64,000 nucleotides of DNA from Flavobacteriales bacterium (lineage in GTDB: Bacteria > Bacteroidota > Bacteroidia > Flavobacteriales_F > PHOS-HE28): NCBI GenBank assembly GCA_016788295.1, contig JAEUSY010000049.1:44010-108009 (forward strand). The letters are read 5' to 3'. Under the pieces are notes generated by a model that was not told where the DNA came from, did not search any database, and saw nothing but the letters and a program-made list of their open reading frames with translations. The translations under genes and the position numbers were made by a program. Positions 1 through 10,603 of this stretch are shown in pieces. Each line of letters starts with the position of its first letter. Position 1 is the first letter of the stretch.

Positions 1-976
1 CGGTATTGACGCCAGGCATGGTGTGGCTTTGGAAGGCAAAGAGCTTGGTGCCTTCCAAGGTGTAGCACGCCACGTCGGCATGCCATCCGGGACGGTAACG
101 TCCTTCGGCCCACGAGATATCAATGCGCATCAAACTGCCCGCCACCCATTCGCCCGAGGGGTCCAGCGGAACGGCCGAAATGCGGAAACCGTCCATTTCG
201 GTGTCCTTGCCAACGCCGAAGTAAAGGGGCAGCACATCGTTGGTCGGTCCATCGGCGAGCACACGCCCCCGGTCCAGCAGAAGGCACCGGTCGCAGAAGG
301 AGCGGATGGCGCCCATGTTGTGGCTCACGAACAGGATGGTGCGTCCGTGCCCGGTGCTGATATCGCGCATCTTTCCCAGGCACTTGCGTTGGAACTGCGC
401 ATCGCCCACGGCCAGCACTTCATCCACGATCAGGATCTCGGGCTCCAGATGTGCGGCCACGGCAAAGGCCAGGCGCACGTACATGCCACTGCTGTAGCGC
501 TTCACCGGAGTGTCCAGGAATCGCTCCACTTCGGCGAACTCCACGATCTCGTCGAACTTGGAACGGATCTCCGCCCGCCCCATACCGAGTATGGCGCCGT
601 TGAGGAATATGTTCTCGCGCCCGGTCAGTTCCGGGTGGAAGCCCGTGCCTACTTCCAGCAGACTGGCCACGCGACCATCAATGGTAATGCGGCCTTGGGT
701 AGGGTCCACGATCCGGCTCAGGACTTTCAGTAAGGTGCTCTTTCCCGCACCATTGCGGCCGATAACGCCCAGACGATCACCCGCGTTCACGGTGAAGTTC
801 ACATCGTTCAGCGCCATGAACTCATCCCGCGTAACGGATGCCGCGGGGCCACGTCGGAACAGTGAACGGGCCTTGTTCGTCAGCACATCGCGCAGGGCCG
901 TGTAGCGTTCGGCCTGCTGGTGGCGCAGCTCATAACGCTTGCTCAGGTGCTCTACGGTGATGATCGGCGTGCCCAT
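1..976 (-). CDS. wzt: Polysaccharide ABC transporter ATP-binding protein (Wzt/RfbB), runs off the window start
   Basis: Manual translation from ATG at 976: MGTPIITVEHLSKRY...GVIGRNGAGKSTLLK (Walker A), SLLEVGTGFHPELTGRENI, YSSGMYVRLAF (signature), LIVDEVLAVGD (Walker B). Absent from the ORF track because there is no stop in the window. Directly downstream of wzm. Confidence 0.93.
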   Translation of the reverse strand, partial: MGTPIITVEHLSKRYELRHQQAERYTALRDVLTNKARSLFRRGPAASVTRDEFMALNDVNFTVNAGDRLGVIGRNGAGKSTLLKVLSRIVDPTQGRITIDGRVASLLEVGTGFHPELTGRENIFLNGAILGMGRAEIRSKFDEIVEFAEVERFLDTPVKRYSSGMYVRLAFAVAAHLEPEILIVDEVLAVGDAQFQRKCLGKMRDISTGHGRTILFVSHNMGAIRSFCDRCLLLDRGRVLADGPTNDVLPLYFGVGKDTEMDGFRISAVPLDPSGEWVAGSLMRIDISWAEGRYRPGWHADVACYTLEGTKLFAFQSHTMPGVNT

Positions 977-979
977 GGT

Positions 980-1822
980 TCAGATCACATCGGCAAAGCC
1001 GCGTTCAGTATTGCGGAAGTACCGTATACCCACCACCAACAACAGCAGGCTGATGCCTACGGAAAGCAGGAACCCAGGCAGGTGGATGGGCACCTCATCG
1101 CCGAGAATGCACCAACGGAAGCCATCGATGACACCCACCATGGGATTCATGGCGTAGAGGAACTTGATGGCCTGCGGGATGCGGTCGCTGTTCAGGATAT
1201 CGCTGCTGGAAAAGGCTACAGGAGATACGTACAGGCCGAATTGCACAATGAAGGGAACGATGTAGCGGAAGTCGCGGTACTTCACGTTCAGCGCCGCGAT
1301 CAACAGGCCCGAGCCGAGCGCGGTGATCAGGGCCAGCAACAGGAAGAGGGGCAGGGCCAGCAACTGAACACCCGGAACGAATCGGTAGCCGATCATCAGA
1401 ACGACCAGTATGGCGAACGAGATCAGAAAGTCGATGAGGCAGACGATCACCGTGCTCGCCGGAACGATCAGACGTGGGAAATAGACCTTGGTGAGCAGGT
1501 TGCTGTTGGCAATGAGGCTGTTGGCGCTTTCGCTGAAGGCCGTGCTGAAGAAGGTCCACGGCAGAGTGGCCGCCCCCACGAGCAATAGCCTTGGCACATT
1601 ACCGGGCACCGAGCTCTCAAAAAGCCAACCGAGAAAGGCCATGACGCCCAAGGTGAGCAGGGGGCGAAGCACGCTCCACAGCACGCCGATCACGGTCTGC
1701 TTGTAGCGCACCAGAATATCGCGCCAGGCCAGGAACACGAACAGGCCCCGATAGCCCCACAGGTCGCGCCAATAGCGGCGGTCGGCGGTGCCTGGCTCTA
1801 TCACAGTGCGATACTGGCTCAT
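980..1822 (-). CDS. wzm: Polysaccharide ABC-2 transporter permease (Wzm/RfbA)
   Basis: RDLWGYRGLFVFLAWRDILVRYKQTVIGVLW...YFPR...RDFRYIVPF...NPM motifs, about 6 TM segments. Start moved to MSQYRTV; TATGTTTG promoter motif upstream near 1856-1863. Confidence 0.93.
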   Translation of the reverse strand: MSQYRTVIEPGTADRRYWRDLWGYRGLFVFLAWRDILVRYKQTVIGVLWSVLRPLLTLGVMAFLGWLFESSVPGNVPRLLLVGAATLPWTFFSTAFSESANSLIANSNLLTKVYFPRLIVPASTVIVCLIDFLISFAILVVLMIGYRFVPGVQLLALPLFLLLALITALGSGLLIAALNVKYRDFRYIVPFIVQFGLYVSPVAFSSSDILNSDRIPQAIKFLYAMNPMVGVIDGFRWCILGDEVPIHLPGFLLSVGISLLLLVVGIRYFRNTERGFADVI

Positions 1823-1898
1823 GTTCGGTACGGTGGAGTGCAGCCGTAATGCGTGCAAACATACCGCGCAGGCAGCGGGCACCAAGCCCGGGCCCTGT

Positions 1899-2636
1899 TC
1901 ACCGGAGCAACCATACGGCCAACACGGCCGAGAGGATCAGGGAAACCATATAGAGGCTGCACAGCGCAATAGCCTTCAGAAGCTGCCGACCAAGCGTTGC
2001 ACGGTACACGTTCCGCAATGCCATCCACAGGTACCACACCGTATAAAGCAGGAAGAAAGAGATGAGCGCCTGGTTGATACGGACCAGGCCCCAGGTGATG
2101 AACATCCGGGAGAGCAGCCCATAGATGGAGAAGGCCAGGAACACGAAGGCGTGGAAGTGCGCGCTGAAAATGAAGGGCTGGACGTAGGAGGCCCCGCGCT
2201 TGCGATGCAGCACATGCACCAGCACTGCGAACAACGGCAGGAACAGGAAAAAGAGCTTGGGCAGGATGGATGTGAAGAAGTGGTCCCAGAACACTTGGTC
2301 CTGCAATTCCTCCACCGCTGTGCGCCCATCGGTACCGGCACCGGACCAACCAATGACCAGGAAGAACAGGATGCTCAGGAAGATGAACATCCGGAGCGGT
2401 GGTATGTAGCGGGCACGGCGCCCCGCCATGAACTCCAGGGTGAGGAAGCCTGGCCTGAGCATCAGCGGCACCACACTGCGGATGATCTTGGAGTCGAAGG
2501 TGAAGTAGTCGCCGAGGAACTGCTCTACGAATGAGCGTAATGTGCCGTCACCGAACACCTCCTGTCCACAGGTGGAACAGAAGTGATCGGTGCTTCGCAG
2601 CGCAGCGTTGCAATTGGGACAAACGGTGTCTGGCAT
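1899..2636 (-). CDS. DUF3667-type zinc-ribbon membrane protein
   Basis: N-terminal CPNC...FCSTCGQ, then FTFDSKIIRS...LRPGFLTLEFMAGRRARYIPPLRMFIF and TM helices. Start moved to MPDTVCPNC. Confidence 0.8.
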   Translation of the reverse strand: MPDTVCPNCNAALRSTDHFCSTCGQEVFGDGTLRSFVEQFLGDYFTFDSKIIRSVVPLMLRPGFLTLEFMAGRRARYIPPLRMFIFLSILFFLVIGWSGAGTDGRTAVEELQDQVFWDHFFTSILPKLFFLFLPLFAVLVHVLHRKRGASYVQPFIFSAHFHAFVFLAFSIYGLLSRMFITWGLVRINQALISFFLLYTVWYLWMALRNVYRATLGRQLLKAIALCSLYMVSLILSAVLAVWLLR

Positions 2637-2688
2637 GTTCCGGGCGGGTCCAATGATAAGACGTAGGCCAATAGATTTGGCCACCAAC

Positions 2689-3033
2689 ATGGCCAGGCTG
2701 CTCACATCATTGCTCCGAACACTGGTGGTAGCCACTGCGCTGCTACTGGCCGCAGGCGTGAAGGCCCAAACCCCAACCCCGGCCCCGCCCGCACCAAAGA
2801 CCCAGCCCGCTCCTGTTTCACCCAAGATGGAAACCCCGCCTTCCACGCAAGAGTTGGATACCGGCGAGAGCCTTACCTACATGGGCCGAAAGTTGTGGTT
2901 CGAGATGAAGCGCCGACTGAACCTAACGACCGAAGAAGAGGAAAAGGCGCAGAAGGCCGAAGAACGCAATGTGCGCCTGAAGCTCGGGGGCATTCAAGTA
3001 CAAGGCACAGCGCCCGCAACAACAGGAAAGTGA
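2689..3033 (+). CDS. Small secreted hypothetical protein
   Basis: Signal peptide ending AGVKA/Q, Pro-rich linker, charged C-terminus. TAGATTTG -7 motif at 2672-2679. Confidence 0.7.
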   Translation: MARLLTSLLRTLVVATALLLAAGVKAQTPTPAPPAPKTQPAPVSPKMETPPSTQELDTGESLTYMGRKLWFEMKRRLNLTTEEEEKAQKAEERNVRLKLGGIQVQGTAPATTGK

Positions 3034-3034
3034 T

Positions 3035-3934
3035 CTAGGCCGTGGCCCGCTCCAAGGCCTCAATGATCATGCGGTCGATGGCCGCATGATGGTCCTTGCT
3101 GTACTCTTTGCGAAGGCGATTGGCCACCACGGTGCAAACAGTGCAGATCCGGTGACCGAGCATGCCACCGAGACCGTAAAGCGCGCTGGTCTCCATTTCA
3201 AAGTTTGTTGCCCGAAGTCCCTCGTGCTCGAATGCGCTCAATCGTTCGTTCAGCCCATCAACCGAGGGCAACAGGCGCAGTTGTCTGCCTTGTGGTCCAT
3301 AGAATCCGCCAGCAGTAATGGTAATTCCCGTGTGGTTGCCATGACCGAGCAGTTCCACCAATTTACGATCGCCGGCGGCCACATAGGGCAGGGGCAGGTT
3401 GTCAGGCCACTCGGTTTGGGCCAGCAGTTCGTTCAACAGGCGCAGTTCGGCATCGGTGCTCTCGTAGGCGTAGTAGTGCAGCACATTGTCCAGTCCTACG
3501 CCGTAGGTGCTCACTATGCGGCTGTCCACGGGGATGTCCTCGTGCAATGCACCACAGGTGCCCAGGCGGATGATCCGCAATGCCCGGTGTTCCTTGCGCG
3601 GGCTGCGTTTCTCGAGGTCGATGTTGGCGAGCGCATCCAGCTCATTCAGCACGATGTCGATGTTATCCGTGCCAATGCCTGTGCTCAGTGCGGTCACATG
3701 AGTGCCCCGGTATACACCGGTGTGGGCCACGAACTCCCTGTTCTGTACACGGTGCTCAACCCGCTCAAAGTGCCTGCTGATGCGTTCCACACGGCCTTGG
3801 TCGCCCACCACGAACACCAGATCACCGAGCTGCTCAGGGCGCAATGCCAGATGGTACACGGAGCCATCGGGATTAAGGACCAGTTCGCTGGGCTCCAGCA
3901 CGGTGCCGGGCTCGGTATGGGTTATCGCATGCAT
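3035..3934 (-). CDS. udp: Nucleoside (uridine) phosphorylase, PNP/UDP family
   Basis: DGSVYHL, VGDQGRV, STGIGTDNIDIV, IIRLGTCG, GFYGPQGR, NFEMETSA motifs. Confidence 0.88.
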   Translation of the reverse strand: MHAITHTEPGTVLEPSELVLNPDGSVYHLALRPEQLGDLVFVVGDQGRVERISRHFERVEHRVQNREFVAHTGVYRGTHVTALSTGIGTDNIDIVLNELDALANIDLEKRSPRKEHRALRIIRLGTCGALHEDIPVDSRIVSTYGVGLDNVLHYYAYESTDAELRLLNELLAQTEWPDNLPLPYVAAGDRKLVELLGHGNHTGITITAGGFYGPQGRQLRLLPSVDGLNERLSAFEHEGLRATNFEMETSALYGLGGMLGHRICTVCTVVANRLRKEYSKDHHAAIDRMIIEALERATA

Positions 3935-3953
3935 GATGTCGCGAATATCGGGC

Positions 3954-4757
3954 TCAACGTCGGCTCTCGCACGCTTCGGTGGTCACGAACCTGCCGTTCA
4001 CGTAACGTACGACCCCAGTGTACAGGGTGCGTTCCAGGAGCTGGGGTGGTTCATCGCTCGTCCACTCGTCGTAATAGGCATAATGGAAGGAGGCCGTGGC
4101 CGGGTCCAACTCGAAAAGCTCCACATCGAAGAAGCGTCCCTCGTAGTCGTGAACCCCCAGAATGTGCACGGTGGTCCCTTTGAGCCGCAGGCCTATTGCG
4201 CTATACGCACAGCAGGTGGAGCAGGTGGTCACACGTTCGACGGTGAAGTAAGTACTGTCGTCGAGCTGAATGATGTCGTCCCAAGATCCGATCCCCGAAG
4301 CTACGATCTCCACTGTTCCACCATCCAAGGTCGATCCATCTTCTGTCTCAGCGTCCAGTGTGTTCGGTTGACCAGCCCACACCGACCCTTTAGTCCGCAT
4401 ATATAGCAGGGTGTAGTTGGCCCGGAATGTGCCACCCGTGTTCTCCGGCAAATGGAAATGGGCAAGGCGACCATCGGGCGATAGGGTCATCCCGATCCTT
4501 CCCCGGAATTCCTTCTCCAGATCAATGATCACCGACCTCGGATCGCTCAGCAGGACCCTTAGGCGTTCCATGATGCGCGTGCCGAGGGCTTCGATTGTAT
4601 CCGTAGCCCCCGGTTCATCCGAAAATGGGCTCAGCGTATCGTAGCGTGCAAGTTCCGTTTGTAGGGTCTTGATGGTCTTTCGCATGGCGGCCGGGGGCTG
4701 GGCCTGCACAGAACCGCAATACAGCACAAGAAGGATCAGTAGCGCGCGAACGATCAT
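3954..4757 (-). CDS. Secreted hypothetical protein
   Basis: Signal peptide (SVQA/Q), coding-like composition, TTCSTCC Cys cluster, 4-nt overlap with the thioesterase gene. Confidence 0.7.
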   Translation of the reverse strand: MIVRALLILLVLYCGSVQAQPPAAMRKTIKTLQTELARYDTLSPFSDEPGATDTIEALGTRIMERLRVLLSDPRSVIIDLEKEFRGRIGMTLSPDGRLAHFHLPENTGGTFRANYTLLYMRTKGSVWAGQPNTLDAETEDGSTLDGGTVEIVASGIGSWDDIIQLDDSTYFTVERVTTCSTCCAYSAIGLRLKGTTVHILGVHDYEGRFFDVELFELDPATASFHYAYYDEWTSDEPPQLLERTLYTGVVRYVNGRFVTTEACESRR

Positions 4758-5176
4758 GAAAGGACCAGCGTGGACAATACCTCACGCCATGGTGCAGGAA
4801 CGGCGATCGTTCGCTCCGTGGTATAGTCGAAGCACACCATCACACTGCGTCCTACGGCACAAATGCCGGGCGACTTACCACCTGTGCGATGGATCCGGTA
4901 GGAGAGGTCGAAGCTCTTGTTCCTCACGGCGCTGCACCAGGCCTCTGCTTCAATGGTGTCGTTGAGGCGCACAGGCATCTTGTAGTCCACTTCGTTGCGT
5001 GCCAGGATAAGGCCTTGCGCTTTCCAGTCGTGGTCCTTGGGGATGAAGCGTTCCAGGAAGCGCATCCTCGCCAGTTCGAACCAGTGCAGGTACACTCCAT
5101 TGTGCACGTGGTGGGCCATGTCCACATCGGCAAAACGCACCTGTATGGGTACCGTAGTGGAGCGCTCGTTCAACAT
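4754..5176 (-). CDS. Acyl-CoA thioesterase (4HBT/YbgC hotdog family)
   Basis: VRFADVDMAHHVHNGVYLHWFELAR motif. Start moved to MLNERS. Confidence 0.88.
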   Translation of the reverse strand: MLNERSTTVPIQVRFADVDMAHHVHNGVYLHWFELARMRFLERFIPKDHDWKAQGLILARNEVDYKMPVRLNDTIEAEAWCSAVRNKSFDLSYRIHRTGGKSPGICAVGRSVMVCFDYTTERTIAVPAPWREVLSTLVLS

Positions 5177-5242
5177 GGGTGCGAAGGACAGGGTTCCGTG
5201 GTTGACCAAGTAGGCCGCCAATAACTTGCGCTCGGCCGGTCC

Positions 5243-5644
5243 TTAGGTGATCGGGTTCAACATCACACTGAACACCGTGATGCTGTTGGGGTCGCGGTCG
5301 TAGAAGAGCTTATCCAAGGCCTCCAGCACGTTCTTGGCGCGGAAGTACGAGGTCTGCAGGCTGTTGTCGCCACGCGCGCTCCACTGAATGGTGTAGCTGC
5401 TGGTGCGCTCCTTGTAGGTCCGCACATAGTCCAGCATGGCCTTCAGCGCATCCAATTTGTCCACGCCTTCGGTGGTGTGGAAGAGGAAGCTCTGGTTGTG
5501 CCTCGGGTTAAGCGTGATCACACGCAGCTTCGTGTGTTTGCCTTCTTCGTCATAATTGAACATCAGGCTATCGGCGCCCATGCCGATGTAGCCTCCGATC
5601 TCCTTCTGGAGGCGGGCGATCTCCAAGTTGCGGTCCCTGGTCAT
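5243..5644 (-). CDS. Conserved hypothetical protein
   Basis: 133-aa ORF with strong coding bias; no family recognised. Confidence 0.75.
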   Translation of the reverse strand: MTRDRNLEIARLQKEIGGYIGMGADSLMFNYDEEGKHTKLRVITLNPRHNQSFLFHTTEGVDKLDALKAMLDYVRTYKERTSSYTIQWSARGDNSLQTSYFRAKNVLEALDKLFYDRDPNSITVFSVMLNPIT

Positions 5645-5670
5645 GTGCTGGTCCCGCTGTCGCCCTGTGT

Positions 5671-7551
5671 TCAGGCCTTTTCCGGCGGGGAGTCAAAGCT
5701 ACTGAACGCCGAATTATGGCTCCGGTATTCGGGCACCAGGCGCTTCAATACCTTCACCATGGAAGCTCCATCGCCTTGGTGGATCAACTGCTCCAGTTCC
5801 TTGAGCCCGTTGCGCAGGGCCTCCGGATCGTTGTCACGCACTTTGCCGATCAGTATCCGAGGGTGGTGCGTGGGCAGGGTGTTCTCTGCCGTGGCGAGCA
5901 GTTCCTCGTACAATTTCTCCCCCGGACGAAGACCCGTAAAGGCCACTTCGATGTCACGTCCCGGTTCAAGCCCGCTCAGCCTGATCATCTTGTCGGCCAG
6001 TTCAGCGATCCGCACCGGTTCACCCATGTCGAACACATAGATCTCTCCGCCCTTGCCCATGGTGGCTGCTTCAAGCACCAAGCGACAGGCCTCTGGAATG
6101 GTCATGAAGAAGCGTGTCACTTCGGGGTGGGTTACCGTGACCGGTCCGCCCGCTGCGATCTGCTTGCGGAACAAGGGGATGACCGATCCGCTGCTACCGA
6201 GCACGTTGCCAAAGCGGGTGGTAACGAAGGCCGTGGCACACCCCGCGCGCAGGCTGCTGACCACCTGCTCGGCCACGCGTTTGCTGGCTCCCATCACGCT
6301 AGTGGGGTTCACGGCCTTATCAGTGCTGATCAGCACGAACCGCTCGGCACCATGTGCACACGCCAGTTCGGCCACGGTGCGGGTGCCAAGTATGTTGGTG
6401 TGTACAGCCTCGCCGGGCTGGGCTTCCATTAGGGGCACGTGCTTGTATGCCGCCGCATGGAACACCACTTGGGGTAGGTGTGCGGCGAAAACGGTCTTCA
6501 TCCGCTCCCTGTCGCGCACATCGGCGATCAACACACGCAGCTGTTCACCGGCACCCTTGCCGCGGAGCTCCATTTCCACATCATATAGGCCCGACTCGGC
6601 CACGTCAACCAGAACAAGCTCAGCCGCGCCCAACTGGGCCAACTGGCGGGCCAGCTCACTGCCTATGGAACCTGCCGCACCGGTAACGAGCACACGCTTG
6701 CCAGCGAACAGGGCACGCACATCGGCCTGGTCCAAATGGATGACAGGGCGCCCCAAAAGGTCCTCGATACGCACCTCCTGGATCTGGCCTGCGCTGAGCT
6801 GACCGTTGATCCAGTCGCTCACCGGCGGAATGGTGAGCACACGCACCTTGGCGGCCATACAGGCATCCACTACTCGCCTGCGGTTCTCAGGGTCGGGTCG
6901 TTGGATGGCAATGATCACCTGGTCCACGTCACCTTCGGCCAACAAGGCCTCCAAGCGCGTCGTGGGCTGCACCATCACCCCTTCCAGGCTCTTTCCGGTG
7001 CGGCGTTCGTCGTCATCCACGAAGGCCAGCACTTTGTACTTCGCCGAGCCTTCGCGCTCCAACGTGCGCTTGGTGATCAGCCCGGCCTCTCCGGCCCCAT
7101 GGATGACCACCGTGACCACGTTCTTTCCAGCGCCCTTGCTGCGCAGGTAACGTAGCTTGAAAGCGATGCGCGAGGCGATGAGCAACATGGCCGTACCCAG
7201 GAAATCGATCACGATGACCGAAGTGGGCAGGAAGTAGAGTTGGTCGACGGTCCAATAGCGCACCGCACTGGCCACCCCAAAGGCGAACGAGCCGCCCAGC
7301 ACCGTCAGGAAGATCTTCCGGGCATCGTCGGTGTTGGTGTGGCGCACCATTACGCGCTGCGTGCCAGCGACCAGGAACGAACCCAGCCGAATGGCCAGGA
7401 ACAGGGGCAGCACGGGCAATAGCAGCGCCACTTCATGCGCCGGCACCTGGAAGTTGAACCGCAGGAGATAGGCCGCCGCCAGCGCGATCAGGCATTGTAC
7501 CAGATCGATCACCAACACACCCCAGCGGGGGAACAGTCGCTGTTTGGCCAT
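5671..7551 (-). CDS. capD: Nucleoside-diphosphate sugar epimerase/dehydratase (CapD/WbpM/PglF)
   Basis: N-terminal TM helices, GAGEAG, IEDLLGR, VTGAAGSIGSEL, FHAAAYKHVPLME, STDKAVNPTSVMGASKR, RFGNVLGSSGSV, GLRPGEKLYEEL. Start moved to MAKQRLF. Confidence 0.95.
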   Translation of the reverse strand: MAKQRLFPRWGVLVIDLVQCLIALAAAYLLRFNFQVPAHEVALLLPVLPLFLAIRLGSFLVAGTQRVMVRHTNTDDARKIFLTVLGGSFAFGVASAVRYWTVDQLYFLPTSVIVIDFLGTAMLLIASRIAFKLRYLRSKGAGKNVVTVVIHGAGEAGLITKRTLEREGSAKYKVLAFVDDDERRTGKSLEGVMVQPTTRLEALLAEGDVDQVIIAIQRPDPENRRRVVDACMAAKVRVLTIPPVSDWINGQLSAGQIQEVRIEDLLGRPVIHLDQADVRALFAGKRVLVTGAAGSIGSELARQLAQLGAAELVLVDVAESGLYDVEMELRGKGAGEQLRVLIADVRDRERMKTVFAAHLPQVVFHAAAYKHVPLMEAQPGEAVHTNILGTRTVAELACAHGAERFVLISTDKAVNPTSVMGASKRVAEQVVSSLRAGCATAFVTTRFGNVLGSSGSVIPLFRKQIAAGGPVTVTHPEVTRFFMTIPEACRLVLEAATMGKGGEIYVFDMGEPVRIAELADKMIRLSGLEPGRDIEVAFTGLRPGEKLYEELLATAENTLPTHHPRILIGKVRDNDPEALRNGLKELEQLIHQGDGASMVKVLKRLVPEYRSHNSAFSSFDSPPEKA

Positions 7552-7650
7552 AAGTGCCGCAAAGTTGTGAAGTTCGGGATGCGACCGGCACCTTGGTGCA
7601 TTTTCACAGCGGCTTACTTTGGCAGCCACATTCGTTGGCCCTGGCCCAGC

Positions 7651-8736
7651 ATGCCCCGGATCCACCTCATCGTACCGCACCGTCCCGATCGCTCGCCGAG
7701 CCAGCGCTACCGGCTCGAACAGTTCATCGGGCATTTCGAGGCGAACGGATATTCCGTGGTGTATGCCAACCTACTGGGCCGTTTGGGCGACCGTGTGTTG
7801 TACAGCAGGGGGCGCCTGTTCCTGAAACTGCTCTTGCTGGTGAAGGCTTTCTTCCGGCGCCTGCGCGATGTGTGGCGGGTGAAAAAGGACGACATTGTGA
7901 TCATCCACCGCGAGGCCTTCCTTACCCGCGGGACCTTCTTCGAGAAAGCCCTTCGGAGCCGCACCCGGCACCTGGTCTTCGATTTCGATGATGCCATCTG
8001 GCACATGGATGTGAGCGAGGCCAACAAGCGCTTAAGCTGGCTGAAGGACCCGTCCAAAACAGATCGCATCATCGCCATGGCCGATCTGGTGATCGCCGGC
8101 AACGACTACCTGGCCGAGCATGCCCGGGCCTTCAATAGCAAGGTGGTGGTCATTCCAACGGTGATCGATACTGCGCGCTACAGGCCCATGCACCGGCCCC
8201 GTGCGGATGGTCGCATCACCATCGGCTGGACCGGCAGTCTTACCAGCGTGGCCCATTTGGCCTTGGCGGTGCCCACGCTCCGGAAGGTCCAGCAGCGTTT
8301 TGGTGAACGGGTCGTGTTCCGGGTGATCAGTGATCGCGTGTTCGAGGCCGAAGGACTGCACGTGGAGAACGTACGGTGGAACAGTGCGACCGAAGTAGAG
8401 GACCTGGCACCCATCGACATTGGCATCATGCCCTTGCCGGACAATGAATGGAGCCGTGGCAAATGTGGGTTCAAGGGCCTGCAATACATGGGCATGGGCA
8501 AGGCCGTGGTGCTTGCTGACATAGGCGTGAACAAGGTGATCGTTCAGCACGGCGTGAACGGTCTGTTGGCTGCAACCTCCATCGACATTGAGACCCACCT
8601 CGTTCACTTGGTGGAGGATGCCGAACTTCGCACCCGCTTGGGCGCCGAGGCAAGGCGTACAGTTGAAGATCGATATTCCGTGAACGCTTGGAAGGACGTG
8701 TACATCCGACACTTCCAGGAGCTCACTCAACATTAG
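7651..8736 (+). CDS. Glycosyltransferase family 4
   Basis: [49 protein letters not shown]. Start moved to MPRIHL. Confidence 0.9.
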   Translation: MPRIHLIVPHRPDRSPSQRYRLEQFIGHFEANGYSVVYANLLGRLGDRVLYSRGRLFLKLLLLVKAFFRRLRDVWRVKKDDIVIIHREAFLTRGTFFEKALRSRTRHLVFDFDDAIWHMDVSEANKRLSWLKDPSKTDRIIAMADLVIAGNDYLAEHARAFNSKVVVIPTVIDTARYRPMHRPRADGRITIGWTGSLTSVAHLALAVPTLRKVQQRFGERVVFRVISDRVFEAEGLHVENVRWNSATEVEDLAPIDIGIMPLPDNEWSRGKCGFKGLQYMGMGKAVVLADIGVNKVIVQHGVNGLLAATSIDIETHLVHLVEDAELRTRLGAEARRTVEDRYSVNAWKDVYIRHFQELTQH

Positions 8737-8749
8737 AAACCGACCGAAC

Positions 8750-9853
8750 ATGTCCGACCTTAAGAAGACCGCGCTCACCCACGTTCATGAAGCCTTGGGA
8801 GCCAAGATGGTACCCTTTGCCGGCTACCTGATGCCTGTGCAATACACCGGTGTTATCGATGAGCACAATACGGTCCGCAACGCCGTTGGCATGTTCGATG
8901 TTAGCCACATGGGCGAGTTCCTGGTGCGCGGTCCTGGTGCTTTGGACCTTATCCAGAAGGTGACCAGCAATGATGCATCGAAGCTCACGGTGGGCAAAGT
9001 GCAGTACAGCTGCCTGCCGAACGGCAAGGGAGGTATCGTTGATGATCTGCTGGTGTACCGCATGCAGCACGGCGATGACCACCATTATGTGCTCGTGGTG
9101 AACGCCAGTAACATCGACAAGGACTGGGCGTGGATCAATTCCCAGAACACGTTCGATGCGCAGTTGGAGAACATCAGCGACCACATGAGCCTGGTGGCCG
9201 TGCAGGGTCCCAAGGCCACGGACACATTGAAGGGGTTCTTCACGGAGGACATCGGTGCAATGCCCTATTACACGGCCATGTACGCGGAAATGAAAGGCGT
9301 TGGCCTCGTGTTGATCTCCACCACGGGCTACACCGGCGCCGGAGGCTATGAAGTGTACATGCCCAATGCGCTGGCCGAGAAGGCATGGAATGCCATCATG
9401 GAGGCCGGAAAACCGCACGGCATCAAACCGACCGGACTGGCCTGCCGCGATACGCTTCGCTTGGAAATGGGCTTCTGCCTCTACGGCAACGATATCGATG
9501 ACACCACCTCGCCGATCGAGGCGGGCCTGGGCTGGATCACCAAGTTCACCAAGGACTTTGTAGATTCATCCACCTTGAAGGCACAGAAAGACAACGGTAC
9601 GGCCCGCAAACTGGTGGGCTTCGAACTGCTTGATCGCGGCATTCCCCGTCACGACCATGCAGTGCTCGATGCCGCCGGTAACGTGGTGGGCAAGGTGACC
9701 TCGGGCACACAGAGCCCAACCTTGCAGAAGCCCATCGGCATGGCCTACGTGCCGACCGCCATGGCAGCTGAGGGTAGCGACCTGTGGGTGGATATCCGCG
9801 GCAAGGCACTGAAAGGCAAGGTGGTAAAACTGCCCTTCTTGAAACAAGCGTGA
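8750..9853 (+). CDS. gcvT: Glycine cleavage system aminomethyltransferase T
   Basis: KTALTHVH...[52 protein letters not shown]. Confidence 0.97.
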   Translation: MSDLKKTALTHVHEALGAKMVPFAGYLMPVQYTGVIDEHNTVRNAVGMFDVSHMGEFLVRGPGALDLIQKVTSNDASKLTVGKVQYSCLPNGKGGIVDDLLVYRMQHGDDHHYVLVVNASNIDKDWAWINSQNTFDAQLENISDHMSLVAVQGPKATDTLKGFFTEDIGAMPYYTAMYAEMKGVGLVLISTTGYTGAGGYEVYMPNALAEKAWNAIMEAGKPHGIKPTGLACRDTLRLEMGFCLYGNDIDDTTSPIEAGLGWITKFTKDFVDSSTLKAQKDNGTARKLVGFELLDRGIPRHDHAVLDAAGNVVGKVTSGTQSPTLQKPIGMAYVPTAMAAEGSDLWVDIRGKALKGKVVKLPFLKQA

Positions 9854-9856
9854 TCC

Positions 9857-10603
9857 ATGGAGCAGGTCAGCCGCAACGCCGATTATCCCTACAGGGTGGA
9901 GGTCTGCTTCATGCCGGGCCAGTACCCGCTCTATGCCCAGGACATGGGCATCGTAGTGGTGATCGATGTGTTGCGTGCGACCAGCGCCATGGTGGCCGCC
10001 TTCGAGCACGGTGTGGACCGCATCATACCAGTGAGCACCATTGAAGAGGCCCGGCAATATATCGGGCGGCCTGGTTACATCGCTGCCGCAGAGCGCAACG
10101 GAGAGGTCGTGGATGGCTTTGCGTTCGGCAATTCGCCGCTGGCCTACGTGGGCCAGGACCTCAGTGGTCAGACCATCGTAATGACCACCACCAATGGCAC
10201 CAAGGCGATCAACCTCGCCAAGAACGCTCGCACGTTGGTGATCGGCTCGTTCCTGAACCTCTCGGCGTTGAGCGAGTGGCTTGTCAAACAGAACGACAAC
10301 ATCCTGCTGCTGTGTTCAGGGTGGAAGGACAAATTCAACCTGGAGGATTCGGTGTTCGCAGGCGCCGTTATGGACCGCCTGTTGGAAAGCGGTAAGTTCG
10401 GGGTGGAAGAGGATTCGAGCATCGCGGCCAAGTACATGTACATGGCGGCGCGTGATAACTTCATGAGCATACTGAAGGCCGCACCGCGCCGTCGCCGCAT
10501 TGAGCAACTGCATTTGTTGCCCGACGTAAAGTACTGCCTGACCCCCGACCAAAGCACCAAGATCCCCGTTTTGCGGGAGGGTGAGCTTGTCTGCATGTCA
10601 TGA
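9857..10603 (+). CDS. comB: 2-phosphosulfolactate phosphatase family protein
   Basis: VVVIDVLRATS, AERNG, FGNSP, MTTTNGT, FNLEDSVFAG motifs. Confidence 0.9.
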   Translation: MEQVSRNADYPYRVEVCFMPGQYPLYAQDMGIVVVIDVLRATSAMVAAFEHGVDRIIPVSTIEEARQYIGRPGYIAAAERNGEVVDGFAFGNSPLAYVGQDLSGQTIVMTTTNGTKAINLAKNARTLVIGSFLNLSALSEWLVKQNDNILLLCSGWKDKFNLEDSVFAGAVMDRLLESGKFGVEEDSSIAAKYMYMAARDNFMSILKAAPRRRRIEQLHLLPDVKYCLTPDQSTKIPVLREGELVCMS

